Of a DNA stretch of 64,000 nt, positions 22,621 to 35,955 are shown piece by piece. Origin of the DNA: Octopus vulgaris (taxonomy: Eukaryota). The DNA lies in NCBI GenBank assembly GCA_951406725.2, contig OX597839.1, positions 30,070,001-30,134,000 of the forward strand, written 5' to 3'. Below the pieces are notes generated by a model. The model had not been told where the DNA came from and searched no databases. It saw only the letters and a program-made list of their open reading frames with translations. Numbering within the stretch: position 1 is the stretch's first letter; every line of letters starts with the position of its first letter. A program made the translations under genes and the position numbers.

Positions 22621-25600
22621 TCAAGCACAGAGATATAGCAACTGCTCTGTTAACATCACAAAAATAAATCCTAGGAATACTATGAACCTATAACTTGCAA
22701 ATAAAAATTGGAAAGTTCCAAAAAGAGATACTCAGATGCATATTTTCCATGGGGGAAAAATCTTGACATTTGAGGAACAAGAAAGACCTTGGTCAGAAAA
22801 TATTGCAGCAATGAAGGATCTACTGAAGAAGAGTAACCAAACTGAGACATGAAATAAGGTTAATTTTTTTGTTTTGAATAGAACAAAATCTCTTAAACAA
22901 ACCTAAAATATTCAAGCAACTTACATATACCTGTTCATAACTGTGCACTTCTTTTTAGGGCTTTAAGTGGGAAGAAAAATGAGCAGGTGATATCATATAA
23001 AACAAGTGGTATAATATCAAGCCAGGTGTGGGGACCAAGTGCAGTTGCAGTGCATTGCTGCATTCACCAGTTGTTGGTATATTCCAAGTCCCTCTATTGA
23101 GCAGTAAAAGGACGTATCTCTGTGTCTGTGTAGAGTCATTGGTTGAATATGAAATCCAACCAATGATAGTCCATAATCCTACAAAGCATCTGAGCAAACA
23201 AATTGCATTTATTGGAATTACCAAGAATAGATAAACTGGTAAATGTCTTTCATTAGTCAGTCAAACCAAAGAAGCACTTTTCCCTCTAAATTGCATATTT
23301 AAATCAAAATTCCCTGCAACTATAGTCTCTGCATTAAATATTTACACTTATAACATTTTCCTTTACACAAATTTGTTGGGTGTGAAAAATTCTTTTCTTT
23401 TTTGTGATGAAAATTCTGCCAGGATTGCAAGGAAAGACTTCAAGTAAATAAAGCAGCCCTAGTGAATTGTTTTGCCAAACCCAAATATTATAATTTAAGC
23501 TGTAGAATGGTTTGACTTTTGTAAGTTCTTGACTATATATATAATCTAAAATTTATTATTTGTCAGAATTTATTAAATTTACATGGTATTTGCAAGCTAT
23601 CATGTGAATTTGGAGGGCTAGACTTTTCCTTAATCAAACTTAAGAAACCCTTGACTCAGAAAGAATCATCACCAGCATCATCATCAGCAACAACATTCCA
23701 AGAGGTAAATATTTCAAAAGTACAAAGCTTTTCTCACGTCACCAGTGTTTCCTTTCCTCAAAAGCATTTGAAGAGTTAGGACACTTCAGGCATTTGGGCA
23801 CAGGAGGATTATTTCACTCCAGAAACTCTAATTTATATCAAATAAGCGCACATTATATCAATGCTAGAGGGGAAGAGATTTATCTGATTTGTGAATGTTC
23901 AATAAATAAACCACATAGTAATAATTATTAATTCATTAGACATCTAAAACGATTGATATTAGGCTTGTCTTTGCCAGGGTAAGAGCAAAGTGCAGTAACC
24001 AGACAAACTATGATACAGGTGTAATTCTTAAGATTGGCCAACGATTACACCTGTATCAAGTCTTCAAAATGAGATAACAATTCCTGTTTTTAAACGAAGC
24101 ACATTATAATGTACAGTTTACTGATAGTTGTGAAACACTTGCAGAATATAAACTCTTCTACAGAGAATATAGTGAGAATTACATGGCATTTATGGTAGCT
24201 TGTTATCTTGTGCTGGACAAATAATATACAGACATGCATTACAAACTTGAATAGGTTCCATTTATATTTGGTAACAGAATCAACTAAACTCTACATTGTA
24301 AGTCCAAATGTTTTTGTATAATGGATGAGTGTGTGTGTGTGTGCAAGTATTAGACAGGTGAAGGCAGTTTCTGTTTGTGCACATAGGAATGTATGTTGCA
24401 CAAATGTTGTCTGCACTTGATTCCAAATACATAGGGTCAAGTACTCCAATCTTAATATATCTTGATAATTAAAGATTTCCAAGCAGAATACTACCTGCTC
24501 TCATTGAAATTAGAACTTTTTCTTTGGAATTAATGAAATCTGTGAAACCTGCATATGTCAATGCTACCATATTAAAATAAGGAGCTTCAAGATTACCTAA
24601 TGATATATATGCCAAACTTCTTATGAGGGTTAAAAAAACCTCTTATAAGATCACAAAAGCAAAGGGTAGACTCATGAACACATTCAACCTATCTCTACTT
24701 CTGTTGCTCAATGAAGACTAGACTTTGCTTGCCATTGCCATTGTACCAAACACCAGACCATGTCAGGTTATATATTCTGCAGATTTCTGCACCCTAATAA
24801 AAGACAAGGACCACTCAACTGCACTGACGCTATTGGTTGAGACAAATCATGAGACTGAGGCCCTATCAATGCAGATGGGAAACAAAGATTGCTGGTATAG
24901 ATATATCACAGTTGCTGCTACTTTAAGAAGAATCAACAAATGAATGGATGGGAAAAGAGTAAAGAAAATTTGAGTGAAAACTCGAAGTCTCCATTGCTAA
25001 GATTCAGAGAGGTACATTCTAAATATTTGCATAAAGATTGTGCATAGAGGATGGAATGTTTGAGTCTTACAGAGGAATAAGACTTGTGATTTGAGCACTG
25101 GTAGGTTAGTGGTGTGAGGATCCAGGCTGGATAGAAGTCCACTTATAGAGGAAATAGAATAAAACTATTCTTGTCATTTTCACAAAAGGGGTAGCTTTTG
25201 GAGGGAAAAGGATGACAAAAATTACTGCTTTGATCTCTGTAAGTAGTCCAAGATGGTCTCTTGAATTTCTACCCTCACAGACCCTATTCTTTAGCATAGC
25301 TGGTCATTATGTAAGCCCCTAAAGACAATGTGAAAACTTTGTCAAGAATTTTCATATTTGTAGTCAATTTCTGAATTGAATAATCTATTTTTTTAAGGTT
25401 AAGTGGTATTAAAGTAGTTGCATTAAAACAAATTTTGCTTGATACAAAACGTATGCATGCTGTTGCCAAATTTATTTCACCTTGTTTACAGGCCATTGAG
25501 GAATCATCTGGCCAGTTATAAATCTCACAAATCACACCATAACTATCTTCAAAAAGTGAGGACACATTCAATTATGTAAATATAGAATACAGGAATCCTC

Positions 25601-25719
25601 CCCTCACAAGTTATGAATATTGCTGTTAGAACTGAGTTTGTAAGTTTTCCCCATCTAAGCCAAAAAAGGGGTAAGCTATAAAGTATTTGTTTAATATTAA
25701 TCCCACTACACCTCTTATA

Positions 25720-27135
25720 TATCCACAAGAGGTGCAGCAGCATCACAGGAAGGGCAACAGAGAAAACAGTCTTTGTGTGTAGCAGATGTGCAGGTGCAAT
25801 AAACATTAGGAATGTGCAAAAAAATAGGCTCCCTCAAATGTCCAGTAGTGGTGGTGGTGGTGTTCCTAAAAAGTAGTAATAGCTTCCATTACCTAGGCAA
25901 CCAAGGTAGCAGTGGAAGAGAAAGCTCTAAAAGCGTAGTTGCTAGAATACAAAGGGGCTGGGCAAAGTTCAGAGAGCTACTACTTTATTGGTAACAAAGG
26001 GCTTCTCCCTCAAAGTGAAAGACAAATTGTATGATGTTTGTGTATGTACAGCTATGCTACATAGCAGTGAAACATGGGCTTTGACTGCAGAGGACAAGCA
26101 AAGGCTTGAAAGAAATGAAGCCAGCATGCTTTGCTGGATGTGTAATGCACATTGGTGCACATATGACGGAGTGTAAATGATTTAAGAGAAAAATCGGGCA
26201 CAAGAGGCATCAGATGTAGTGTACAAGAAAGAAGATTACACTGGCATGATCATGTGATGCACATGGATAAGGACAGCTATATAAACAAGTGCCAGTCTCT
26301 AATTGTGGAGGGAACCTGTAGGAGGTAAACTCAGGAAGATGTGGGATGAACTGTTGAGAAAGGATCTTCATATATTGAACCTCATAGAGGACAAGGGACT
26401 GAAACATCTGGTGATTTGCTGTGCTTGAGCAGACACGTCAAGTTAAGCCAAATCATGGCCATCCCTACATACAGGCTGCATGTCCTTCATGCTCATAGCC
26501 CCACTTCCCTTCACACATAACTGTTCTCTGGCAAAACTCACAACCATCTCCCCAAAAACTCCACCACCCACTACAGGCCCCTCCAGTTTCCTCTCAACAT
26601 TGCTTGCTATCTCAAAATATCTCCTCTATCCCCCTTGGTGCTACTTATACTCACCCCACCCACAGGTACACTGTTACCTGTGGGTAGGCCCTCTCTCTCA
26701 CTCTGACTAACTCTATCTTTCTCTCTCTCCCACTTCCCCGTTCTATTGGGGTCACCAAGTGTCTCCTCTGTAATAAGACAGCTATCCCTGCTCCACTATC
26801 ATATTCCAACCTCTTGCCTGGCACATAGCCACTTCTCTCGGTTCCTCTCTCAGCTGAGATGTTCTTGTCTTGCAAGCCACTTGGCAACCCCACAGGTGCT
26901 GGTGCCATGAGCAAAGCACCTGAGTCAGTGTCACATTAAAAAGCATCTGTGCCAGCAGCACATAGAAAGCACGCAGTACACTCTTTAAAATGGCTGGCGT
27001 CAGGAGGGGCACCCCAGCCGTTGAAACCATGCCAAACCAGACCAACTGGTGCAGGCCTTTGGCTTGCCACCTCCTGTTAAATTGTTCAACACATAGCCAC
27101 ATGGAAACTGGACGTTAAATGATGATGATGATGAG
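25720..27135 (+). mobile_element. RTE LINE 3' portion
   Basis: HKRCSSITG...CSRC; FHYLG; RIQRGWAKFRELL; RLERNEASMLCWMC; pyrimidine-rich UTR and (GAT)n tail. Confidence 0.8.
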
Positions 27136-27725
27136 GGTGATAATCCCTTTCAAATTCCGCTCGAATGTGTCTTTCTTCATAATTGTTGACACAAGGCCAA
27201 CAATTTGGGAGAGAAAATTTAGTCAATCATATGACCTCATTATATCACAGTTACTTTATCTTATCAACCTTAAAATGATGTGAGTTGGTGTCTGTGGGAT
27301 TTGAATTTAGAATACAGAGGGAACAACTGCTGCAAGGCATCCCCCCCCCCCCCCCGATACTGTAAGCTTCTGCTCACTCATAGCCAAGCTTCGTCAGATC
27401 CTGTCAAATCATCCATCATATGCCAGCATGGACTAACCAATGGCTAGGGATACAATAAAAACGCTAACGTTCATACAATCTAACTTCACAACAATAATAC
27501 TAACATAAAAAAGAGTTATAACTTTACAATAATAACGTTGATATAATTGTTATAATATAACATTACAACAATATTAATGTTAGTAGAATATATTATAATA
27601 TACACTTACAATAATACAAACATTAATATAATCTATGATAACCCTCACAATTATATTACTAACATAATACACTCTAATATACTCTCACAACAAAACTAAC
27701 CGATAAAAAATGCTAATACTAAACC

Positions 27726-27807
27726 CCTACAATCTATTATTCCTACAATCTATTATTCCTACACTCTACCATTCCTACAATCTATTATTCCTACATTCTA
27801 CTATTCC
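27726..27807. repeat. 16-bp minisatellite x5 (CCTACAATCTATTATT)
   Basis: Five consecutive units, two with substitutions. Confidence 0.85.
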
Positions 27808-27809
27808 AA

Positions 27810-28649
27810 CCAAATCACCGCCACAACATTTCGTCTTCCGTTTTTTTTTTATATTATCTTTCTCAGTATTCAGCATTTATGATGATTCGTAGATTTCATT
27901 GGTCAATAATTCTATACCCACCACCACCACCACCATCACTGCTCCTCCTCCTCCTCCTCCTACCGCCATTACAGGCAACAACAACAAAACAACAACAAAT
28001 AATCAGGAAAAACTGTTTTTTCGCCGTTTTTCCTCTTCTCCCTCTTCCTCCTCCTCATCCTCCTCTTCTTCTGTTGTTGTTGTTGTTGTTATTGTGGTGT
28101 TTATTTGGTGACCAACCCATATTGGAGATTAATTAATGAATGAATGGATTAAGGATTTGATTAATTCATCGCCGAGCAAACTCCTTTCATCACTCAACAC
28201 AAAACAACTCATGAAATTACAAATTTAACCAGTTTTCCCCTTCTCGTCTAAATGTGTCGGTAATTATGATTTTTCCCATTTATTTTCTTTCACTCACTCA
28301 AATCTGTTAATCGTTGACCATTCTGTTACCGAAATTTCCTTCCTATTCAGCCAAGAATATCCTTCGAAAAGCCTGAAACAGTCCAACAACGACTTCCTCT
28401 CCCGTTACAAATCTATTTACACATTATTATTACTATTCTAATGATTTTCACCTCATTTGCGGCACAATTAACTGATGTTGTTGGCAAACACACCAACCTC
28501 TTGATATTCCGTTTATAATCACTGTTTAATTCTTATATTTGAGTAAATATTTGGATGGATGTGGTTTTTATTGTGACACATGAACAACAACGGAACATTT
28601 CGTGTTTCTTTGAATACACACGTATATACACATCTTTCCCCTCTCTATA

Positions 28650-28711
<62 letters not shown>

Positions 28712-29100
28712 ATATATGTATATATATCATTCCTCTTTCAGTCTTTGCCCCAATAACTCTCTAACATCGAACCTTTACTCCTTTCACACTGGCCTTTTTG
28801 TTTTCCTATCATCGCTTTCCTTATTACCTGAGCGAAAGTATACTTCTCACAGTACTGAATACCCTCTGCACTTAGTGTGCAAGGCAACCCATCCTTTGGC
28901 GAAAGGTTATCCACCGACATGTTCTCTAGAGTGTTTGGTGAACGAGCAGAATTGAAGTAGGGTTGTGGACGTTGCTTTAGTCCTTTCTTTCTGCCGTCTC
29001 TTGTCAATCTCTTTAGTGCTGACACGGAAAATAAAGTGTTTCGTCAACAAGCGGAGAGGACCCTGTAGTCTTTTGCCGAGGATATAGCAACCTGAAAAGG
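27810..29100 (+). promoter_or_regulatory. CpG-rich putative promoter, 5' UTR exon and intron start of the polyhomeotic gene
   Basis: Dense CpGs; trinucleotide-repeat tract 27918-28095; candidate donor CG|GTAATT at 28260; next good acceptor at 31148 precedes the ph ATG. Confidence 0.45.
28652..28710. repeat. (TA)n(TG)n microsatellite (similar arrays at 29332-29392 and 31984-32035)
   Basis: Direct inspection. Confidence 0.95.
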
Positions 29101-29327
29101 GTTGCAGCCATGAGAAATGTATCAAAAGTGCATTGTATGATGAAGTGGTTGCTGATAGGAAGGGCATCGAGCCATTAAAAAAAAAAAAGAAACTCTGCCA
29201 AAATCACAAATACATGCTTCAGTCTGTGGAAGCAGAGACTCATCGAAAGTACTGACTTGGACCCATGAATACTCTTCCTAACCCTTGTCAGTATGTAAAG
29301 CGGACGTAAAACGTGTGCGCGTGTATG

Positions 29328-29393
<66 letters not shown>

Positions 29394-31171
29394 CATACAG
29401 ATATGTATGCACATATGCATATACGCGTATTTGCATGTATCATCATTTAATGTCCTCTTTTCCATGCTGGCATGGGTTGGATGGTTTGACAAGATTTCAC
29501 TGGCTCCAATATCAGCTCTTTGGTTGCATGCTCTTATCCTGTCTGTGATTCCACTACATCCTTTTTGTATCCCTACCTACTCTTTTCTGCATGTCAGATT
29601 TAGCCCAAACACCCAGTATATAGTAGTTTTTTTTTTCATTTTTCATTTCATTTGTTCATTTTATGCACATTTTCCTTGTTTGTAAGAGTCAGACAGCTAC
29701 ACTAATGGGGTGTTGTTTTACAGCCAGATGCCCTTCTTGTCACTAACCGTCTCCTGTTTTTCAAGTCAGTGATTTTCCTTTGCATTTCTCTTCCAAAATG
29801 CACAGCTAGTGGATAATCTATGGACAGGGAATCATTAGCAAACAACACATGTTGTAACTCCATGCTTTTTTTTATGTATAGTGTCGAATGTTCTTTCTTC
29901 TAAAAGTGTAACTTCTCTACAGAAACCTGCTTGTCCCTCCTCCCTTCCCTTCTTTCATGTCTTATCTCCTCATCTGCTTGCATAAATACTCCCTCTGCAT
30001 AGGTTTTGTAGTCTCAAGTTCTGCATTGCAACCTCACTAATGTTGGTGGCACGAATAAAGCACCCCAGTACTCACTGTAAAGTGGTTGGTTTTCAGAAGG
30101 ACATCCGACTTTTGAAACCATTCAAAGCAGACACTGGAACATGATGCAGTCCTTGGACACATTGGATCCTGTCAAACTGTACAACCCATGCCACCATGGA
30201 ATGTGGACATTAAATGATGATGATGATGATATTAACTGTTAACCTCCCGTTGAAAATATTTGGTCTGTAAAGCTCAGTCCAATAATGATTCCATTAGAAA
30301 GGAATGACAAAGGAAGAGATTTTCTCCTTTACATTAGAAGGTTCCTTCCTTCATTCAAAGTGAATGTAAACAAAGTACAACAATTTGTAGGGTATCATGC
30401 GTTTCAGGAATGCCTGATTGATGCAGTCCCATGAGGTATTGTGTCCTATGGAAAGTTAAGTGTTAATATATATATTATCTAAACTCAATGATCCATGAAA
30501 CTGTTGAAGAAGAAAATATGGCAGTGTGTCACATTTGTGCCACTCCAAAACATTTCTTTCTCTATCTGCCTGACAACATTAGCTCTGCCTTTCTTTTCCT
30601 TATAAGTCCGAGTGGTTTATCATGTGATATCTCTCTGTCAAACATAGATTGCACCATTTTTAACTATTATTGTATGACTGGGATCTTTCCAAGGTAGACC
30701 ATGTAATAACATTGTATTGACCCCTTTTCTTCTTAGATGCTTTTGATAAATTCCAAGTATTATCAGCATTTGTCTCTTCTGCCTTAATCTGATTTCTTGT
30801 TTCACTTTATCTCCGACTCTTCTAATTCTTTTTTCTTTTGATGGTGGCAGTGTTTTGGAGCTGTTTAAAGGACATAGAAAATATTCTGTACCTTACATAG
30901 TTTGGAATACTTCCTACAAACTTCAAAGTGTTTATCTCACTTTGCATAAATCTCTCTGTCTTCTCAACTTTTAATAATGTTTTATATGTGTGATGAATAG
31001 GCATTTGACTGGAAGTTCCATCAGGACTAATAAACTGGTACCATTTTTGTATTTTGAATAACTCAGTTACTTGTAAATCTTTCCTATGAATTCTGTAAAA
31101 TATAACTCATTATTTGTTATACATTTTATTTTTTAAATACTTTTCTAGCCTGAGTTGAAGGAACTCTAAAG

Positions 31172-31352
31172 ATGTCTGAAACACGTCCTGGCTCTGAGAG
31201 TGGAGGTGTAGCAGTGAGCGGAGCTACTACAAATGTCCGAACCTCCATACCACAAGTTCAAGTAATCCACCAGCCTGTTCACAGTCCGCCTTACATGCCA
31301 AGTTTCCCTTACAACCAACAGCAACTGATGCTACAAAATGCTGCCGTACAAG
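31172..31352 (+). CDS. ph: Polyhomeotic coding exon 1 (exon starts 31149)
   Basis: ttttctag|CC...AAAGATG; MSETRPGSESGG...QQQLMLQNAAVQ; donor AAG|GTGAAT (phase 1). Confidence 0.8.
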
Positions 31353-31976
31353 GTGAATTGTCTTTCTTCAAAAATTGTAGACTTTGATATTTAGTATTTC
31401 TAGTTAAAGTTTGATGAATCCGGTAAAGATTTACTTGTCATTAAATTTACTCTTGGCCCTGGGCATGAAACAAAACTCATTCTCAATTCTGTTGTCCAAT
31501 ACAACAAGAAGAAATTCATTTTCTATTAGTTCCTTGTTTGGTTGTGATCACATTTGTCAAAAATCAATCGGACCTCTCTCTCTCTCTCTCTCTCTTTATC
31601 TAACTATCTACCCCACCACATCTGTCTATCATACAAAACTATGGCTGTTGTCATAAAGATGACTTGACAGCATGCACTAAGCTTTTGCTAATTATTTTAG
31701 TTCCTCTGTAGTCATCATTTGGCACAGACACCTTCTTAGCCCTCCTGCACTTCACCCAGCAGAACATTCATAATGTTGTAACAGCAGCTAAAGGGTGAGA
31801 GAAAACTACCAGAACTGGGCTGATATTTTATTTATTGATTCCCAAACATTGTAAGACAAAGTTGATCTTGACTGAGACTCAGAAAGTCTCACAACAAATA
31901 GCACAAAACTATCTTACACTTTAATAACTATGTCCCACCTTATCTCTCTTGCACATACACACTGTGTGTGTGTCTG

Positions 31977-32037
<61 letters not shown>

Positions 32038-32044
32038 TCAAATG

Positions 32045-33050
32045 TGCAGAAGGCTCCCTAGAGGTAGTAAATAATTTCTGTTGCCTAATAATCTAATTAG
32101 TATTTAAGGAGGCCATTCTGAAGGTATAGTTACTTGAAGGAGAATAGGATGGAGAACATGCAGAGGGCTATTACCTCTATTGGCTACAAAAATTCTCTTT
32201 GTCAAAGTGAAAGGCAGATCGTATGATGCTTGTGCATGAATAGCAGTGCTATGTACTAGTGTGATATGGTCCTGGAATGCAAAGAATATGTGAAGACTGG
32301 AGAGGAATTGAGCTGATATGCTTTGCATGACAAAGTGTAAATATGTAGAGAGAAAAATTAGGTGCAAGAGGCTTCAGGTGTAATGTGCAACCGAGAAAAT
32401 TGCACTGGTATGGTTATGTGATGCATATGGATGAGGAGAGCTGTGAAAGAAGTGTCACTCACTTAAAGCGGTAGGAACTTGTGGAAGAGGAAGGCAAGAG
32501 AAGATGTTGAGGCACTGCATGCACTAAAAGCATACAACTTCTATCCATACATTATTTACATTGGACAGATGTGTGTCCTCATCTTGTTTGTTGTTACCTA
32601 ATTTTTCTGTCTACACATTTACACTTTGTCATGCAAGCACACTGACATTGCACATCCAACAGAGCATATCAGCTCCATTTGTCTCCAGTCTTCACATATT
32701 CTTTGCATTCCAGGACCGTATGTCTTACGGACAACTCACCTCCCACCTCATTTCAGTTCAAATAACGGGTACTTCATCCATACCTTTGCAATTTTCTCTT
32801 CATCCATAGCAGTGCAATTTTCTCTCTGTTTCACCTCTCATATCTGATGCTTCTTATGCCCAATTGTTCTCTCAACACATTTACAATTTTTTGTACCTAC
32901 GCAATGACATTGCATATCCAGCAGAGCCTCTTTGCTTCAATTCTTTCAAGCCTGTGCATGTCCAATGCATTCACAGTCCACATTTCACCACTGTATAGCT
33001 TTGCTGTTTGAACTCAAGCATCATACAATCTGCTTTTCACTCTGACAATT
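32045..33050. mobile_element. RTE fragments in opposite orientations (+ 32045-32510; - 32592-33050)
   Basis: VKGRSYDACA-type coding remnants; local inverted duplication 32264-32366 vs 32592-32722. Confidence 0.7.
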
Positions 33051-33239
33051 TTTATACAGTGAGGACTGAACAACTAATCACATGATTTGGAAGTACACTT
33101 CTTAACCACACAGCCATGCCTACACCTATATATGTATGTATAAGTGTGTGTGTGTGTATGCACACACACACACACTCATATATATATATAGATATAGATA
33201 GATAGATATATATAACAGTATTATAGTATTCACCCCGAC

Positions 33240-33606
33240 TATCAGATGTTATTTTGCACCAGTGGTCACAGAGCGCTTCCAGTTCTGTCTTGATTGTGCT
33301 ACTCTTTCCCATCTTGACCCAAGTCATTTAACTAAATTTTCTTCCCATTGTCGTGGAGGCCTTCCAAGTGGTGCTTTCCAATCTCTTGGATGGATACCAC
33401 TCAGCAGCTGTACAGGTCCATCCTCTATAAACAGGATCGAACATCAATTAGCTATGATGCAAAGGGCCATGGAAAGATCCATTTTGAGAGCCTTTTATGA
33501 AATGAGATGATTCAAGAAGAGAGCAGAGTGAACAATAGGATCAGAGAATAGTGGAAACACAAGTTCTGCTGGGTTGAACATGTTACAAGGTTCGCAGACA
33601 ACAGAT
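33240..33606 (-). mobile_element. Short RTE 3' end with an inverted 5' segment
   Basis: Minus part WTCTAAEWYP..LGRPPRQWEE; plus part AMMQRAMERSIL...RFADNR; collinear relative at 42270-42590. Confidence 0.7.
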
Positions 33607-33678
33607 ATATATATACATATAAATATATATATGTGGATAGATAGATATGTATAGATGTATGTATGAAATATATGTGTA

Positions 33679-33896
33679 TGAGGGGGTTACTGAAAAGTTC
33701 CTGGCTTTAAAGGTATCATGAAAGGCCTGGTTAGAGGCCCAACCTACCTAGTTATTTTACAGGGCTTAGAAAAACTGAAGGACCACTGCAATAAGTGTGT
33801 GAATCTGAGAGGGGAATATGTTGAGTAAAACCATAATTAACTGATCCTCCTGTATTCTCTTTTACCCAAAGCCAGGTACTTTTCAGCATCCCTTTG
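33679..33896 (+). mobile_element. Mariner-derived MITE
   Basis: TA-flanked TIRs TGAGGGGGTTACTGAAAAGTTCCTGGCTTT / AAAGCCAGGTACTTTTCAGCATCCCTTTG; internal transposase C-terminus GLEKLKDHCNKCVNLRGEYVE*. Confidence 0.85.
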
Positions 33897-35955
33897 TAGA
33901 TATGAACTATGTGTGTGTGTGTGTGTGTGAAATTTTCTCCAATCTAGATCTGGGAATATTATTGTAAAAGCTCTGTGCTATGAATCTTTGTTGATTATTT
34001 AATTAAATTTTGATTTCATGCATGATTTTTATAAAATGAGAGGTTTATTTCTTTTAATTAATTATTCATATGCCCTTAGATTATTTATATGGTGTTCATG
34101 CTTTTCTCATAGGAACTGCTAACAAAAAGTGATCTGGTTTCAACATTTAAAATGACATTATACGCATAAATGTTTATGTATTTGTTTTGCAAGGTTCCTG
34201 ATGTGAAATCATTTGTTGAAACAGATTTTGTTATATTTGGAGACGATCATATTTTTAGCTCATCAACCACACTCACAATTATAATGCTCGTGGTTAACAG
34301 GCAAAAAATATGACCATCCCCATCTATAACAATATATACATTAGCTATAAAACAATGCAGTTTTTATTTCATAGCTTGTTATGTCTCTCAACTGTCTTAA
34401 TTTTCTTTTCTTTTCTAAATAATGTAGCATGTAGAGGAGGGACATGGTTTTGAGTAATTTTTAAAAAATAAGTTCATTTCAATATGTCACAGAGAATGGC
34501 AGGAATGTGGAAAAGTTTTGCTATGAATTTCCTTGCTTTTGCTTAATTAATCACAAATGTTGTGTTGCCTGAGGTAACCAGTGAAATTCTTTAGCAAGGG
34601 ATGGTATTCACAGTGTAATATTGGTCCTCAACTGGAACTACATTACTGTGAGTGCTGCAGAAAATGTTTTGACTCTTTCCCTGTCCATTTCCTTTACTTT
34701 AAGACTCTAATATAAAAAAAGTATAAGTTAATACCCTATGGTAGGTTGTAATGAAGAACACAGAATGGAATATTCTTAGGTCCAAATTATACATATATAT
34801 ATATATCTCATGATATCGACCAGACTACCAGATGTTGTTATACTTCGCTGAACACAATGCGCTTTGCATTGTTTTAGCCTTCAAATAATGCCAGCTTGCA
34901 GGCCACCATTCTCCCTGTTCAAAAAGCTACTTCATCACAGAGTTACCCATTTACAGCTGACTGGACTGAAGCAACGTGAAACGAAGTGTTTTGCTCAAGA
35001 ACGCAATGTACCACCTGGTCCTGGAGTCAAGCTCATGATCTAGCAATCACGAGTGTAACACCCTAACCACTAAGCTATGTGCCTTCCCATATACATGTGT
35101 GTGTGAGACTTTCTAAATTTTTTTCATTCTTTATTGATTGTATCTAGAAAGAAAGGGCACTGGGAGCCTTTGATGTGAGAGACATTGAGAAATTTGAGTT
35201 GTGGTTTAGATTGCTACAGTCAGTGTTGGTTCTGAAAAGTTGAGTTCCATCTGTCAGTTGGGAATCTTCAAAATGAAGGATTGCATATAAGTTTATGTAT
35301 GGAACAAGATTTTGAGAAGAAAAACAATTTGGGTAGTAAATAATTAGTATGAGTTTGATATATTAAGTTTAAATAGATGTGGGTTGAGACAGAAACCTGT
35401 GAAAAATAAAGTCCCTTTCCAGTTGTAGTATAAGTAAAGGGAAGAGACAGTATAAGAGTGGGTCAGGAATTGGAGATTCTCAATGTGGTAGATGTAGCAT
35501 AAATAGTTATTGTGCTATCTTAGCTCCACTATGGCTCAAAATTAACCTATTGAATATTAATACTTCTATCCAAATAATCTTAGTGCTTAGCTCTGGTTTC
35601 ATGAAGCAGATCCAGGATAGAATGTGATGTAACTTCAGTACGGTTCCGAAATGACGGAGGACATACTCTTGCATTCTAGGAAAAGGGAGCTAATGTCGAA
35701 TAAAATATTTTTCTCTTATAACTTAGTTTTAATATCAAAATGACAAAACAATATCTTTGAAATGATAATTCCCTTTATCTGGGGGACAAGTTTTGTTTTT
35801 ATTTTTGTTTTATATTTTCTTTGTACATGTTATAAAAAAAAGAACAACAAAAATGCCATTGAGTACTGTTTTATGTTGGCAGTTTGAACTGCTCTCTTGT
35901 TAATAGAGATAGAATATTAGCTCCAAATATTTGTGATCAGGTGTTTATCTCGCAG

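Noticed and set aside
23656-23690. Minus-strand TGATGA...CTGA resembling C/D snoRNA boxes
   Set aside because: Boxes only a few nucleotides apart and embedded in (CAT)n low-complexity sequence
28533-29685. ORFs with YIYIYI/CVCV runs, and the poly-P/L/T/S ORFs at 27879-28136
   Set aside because: Translations of microsatellites
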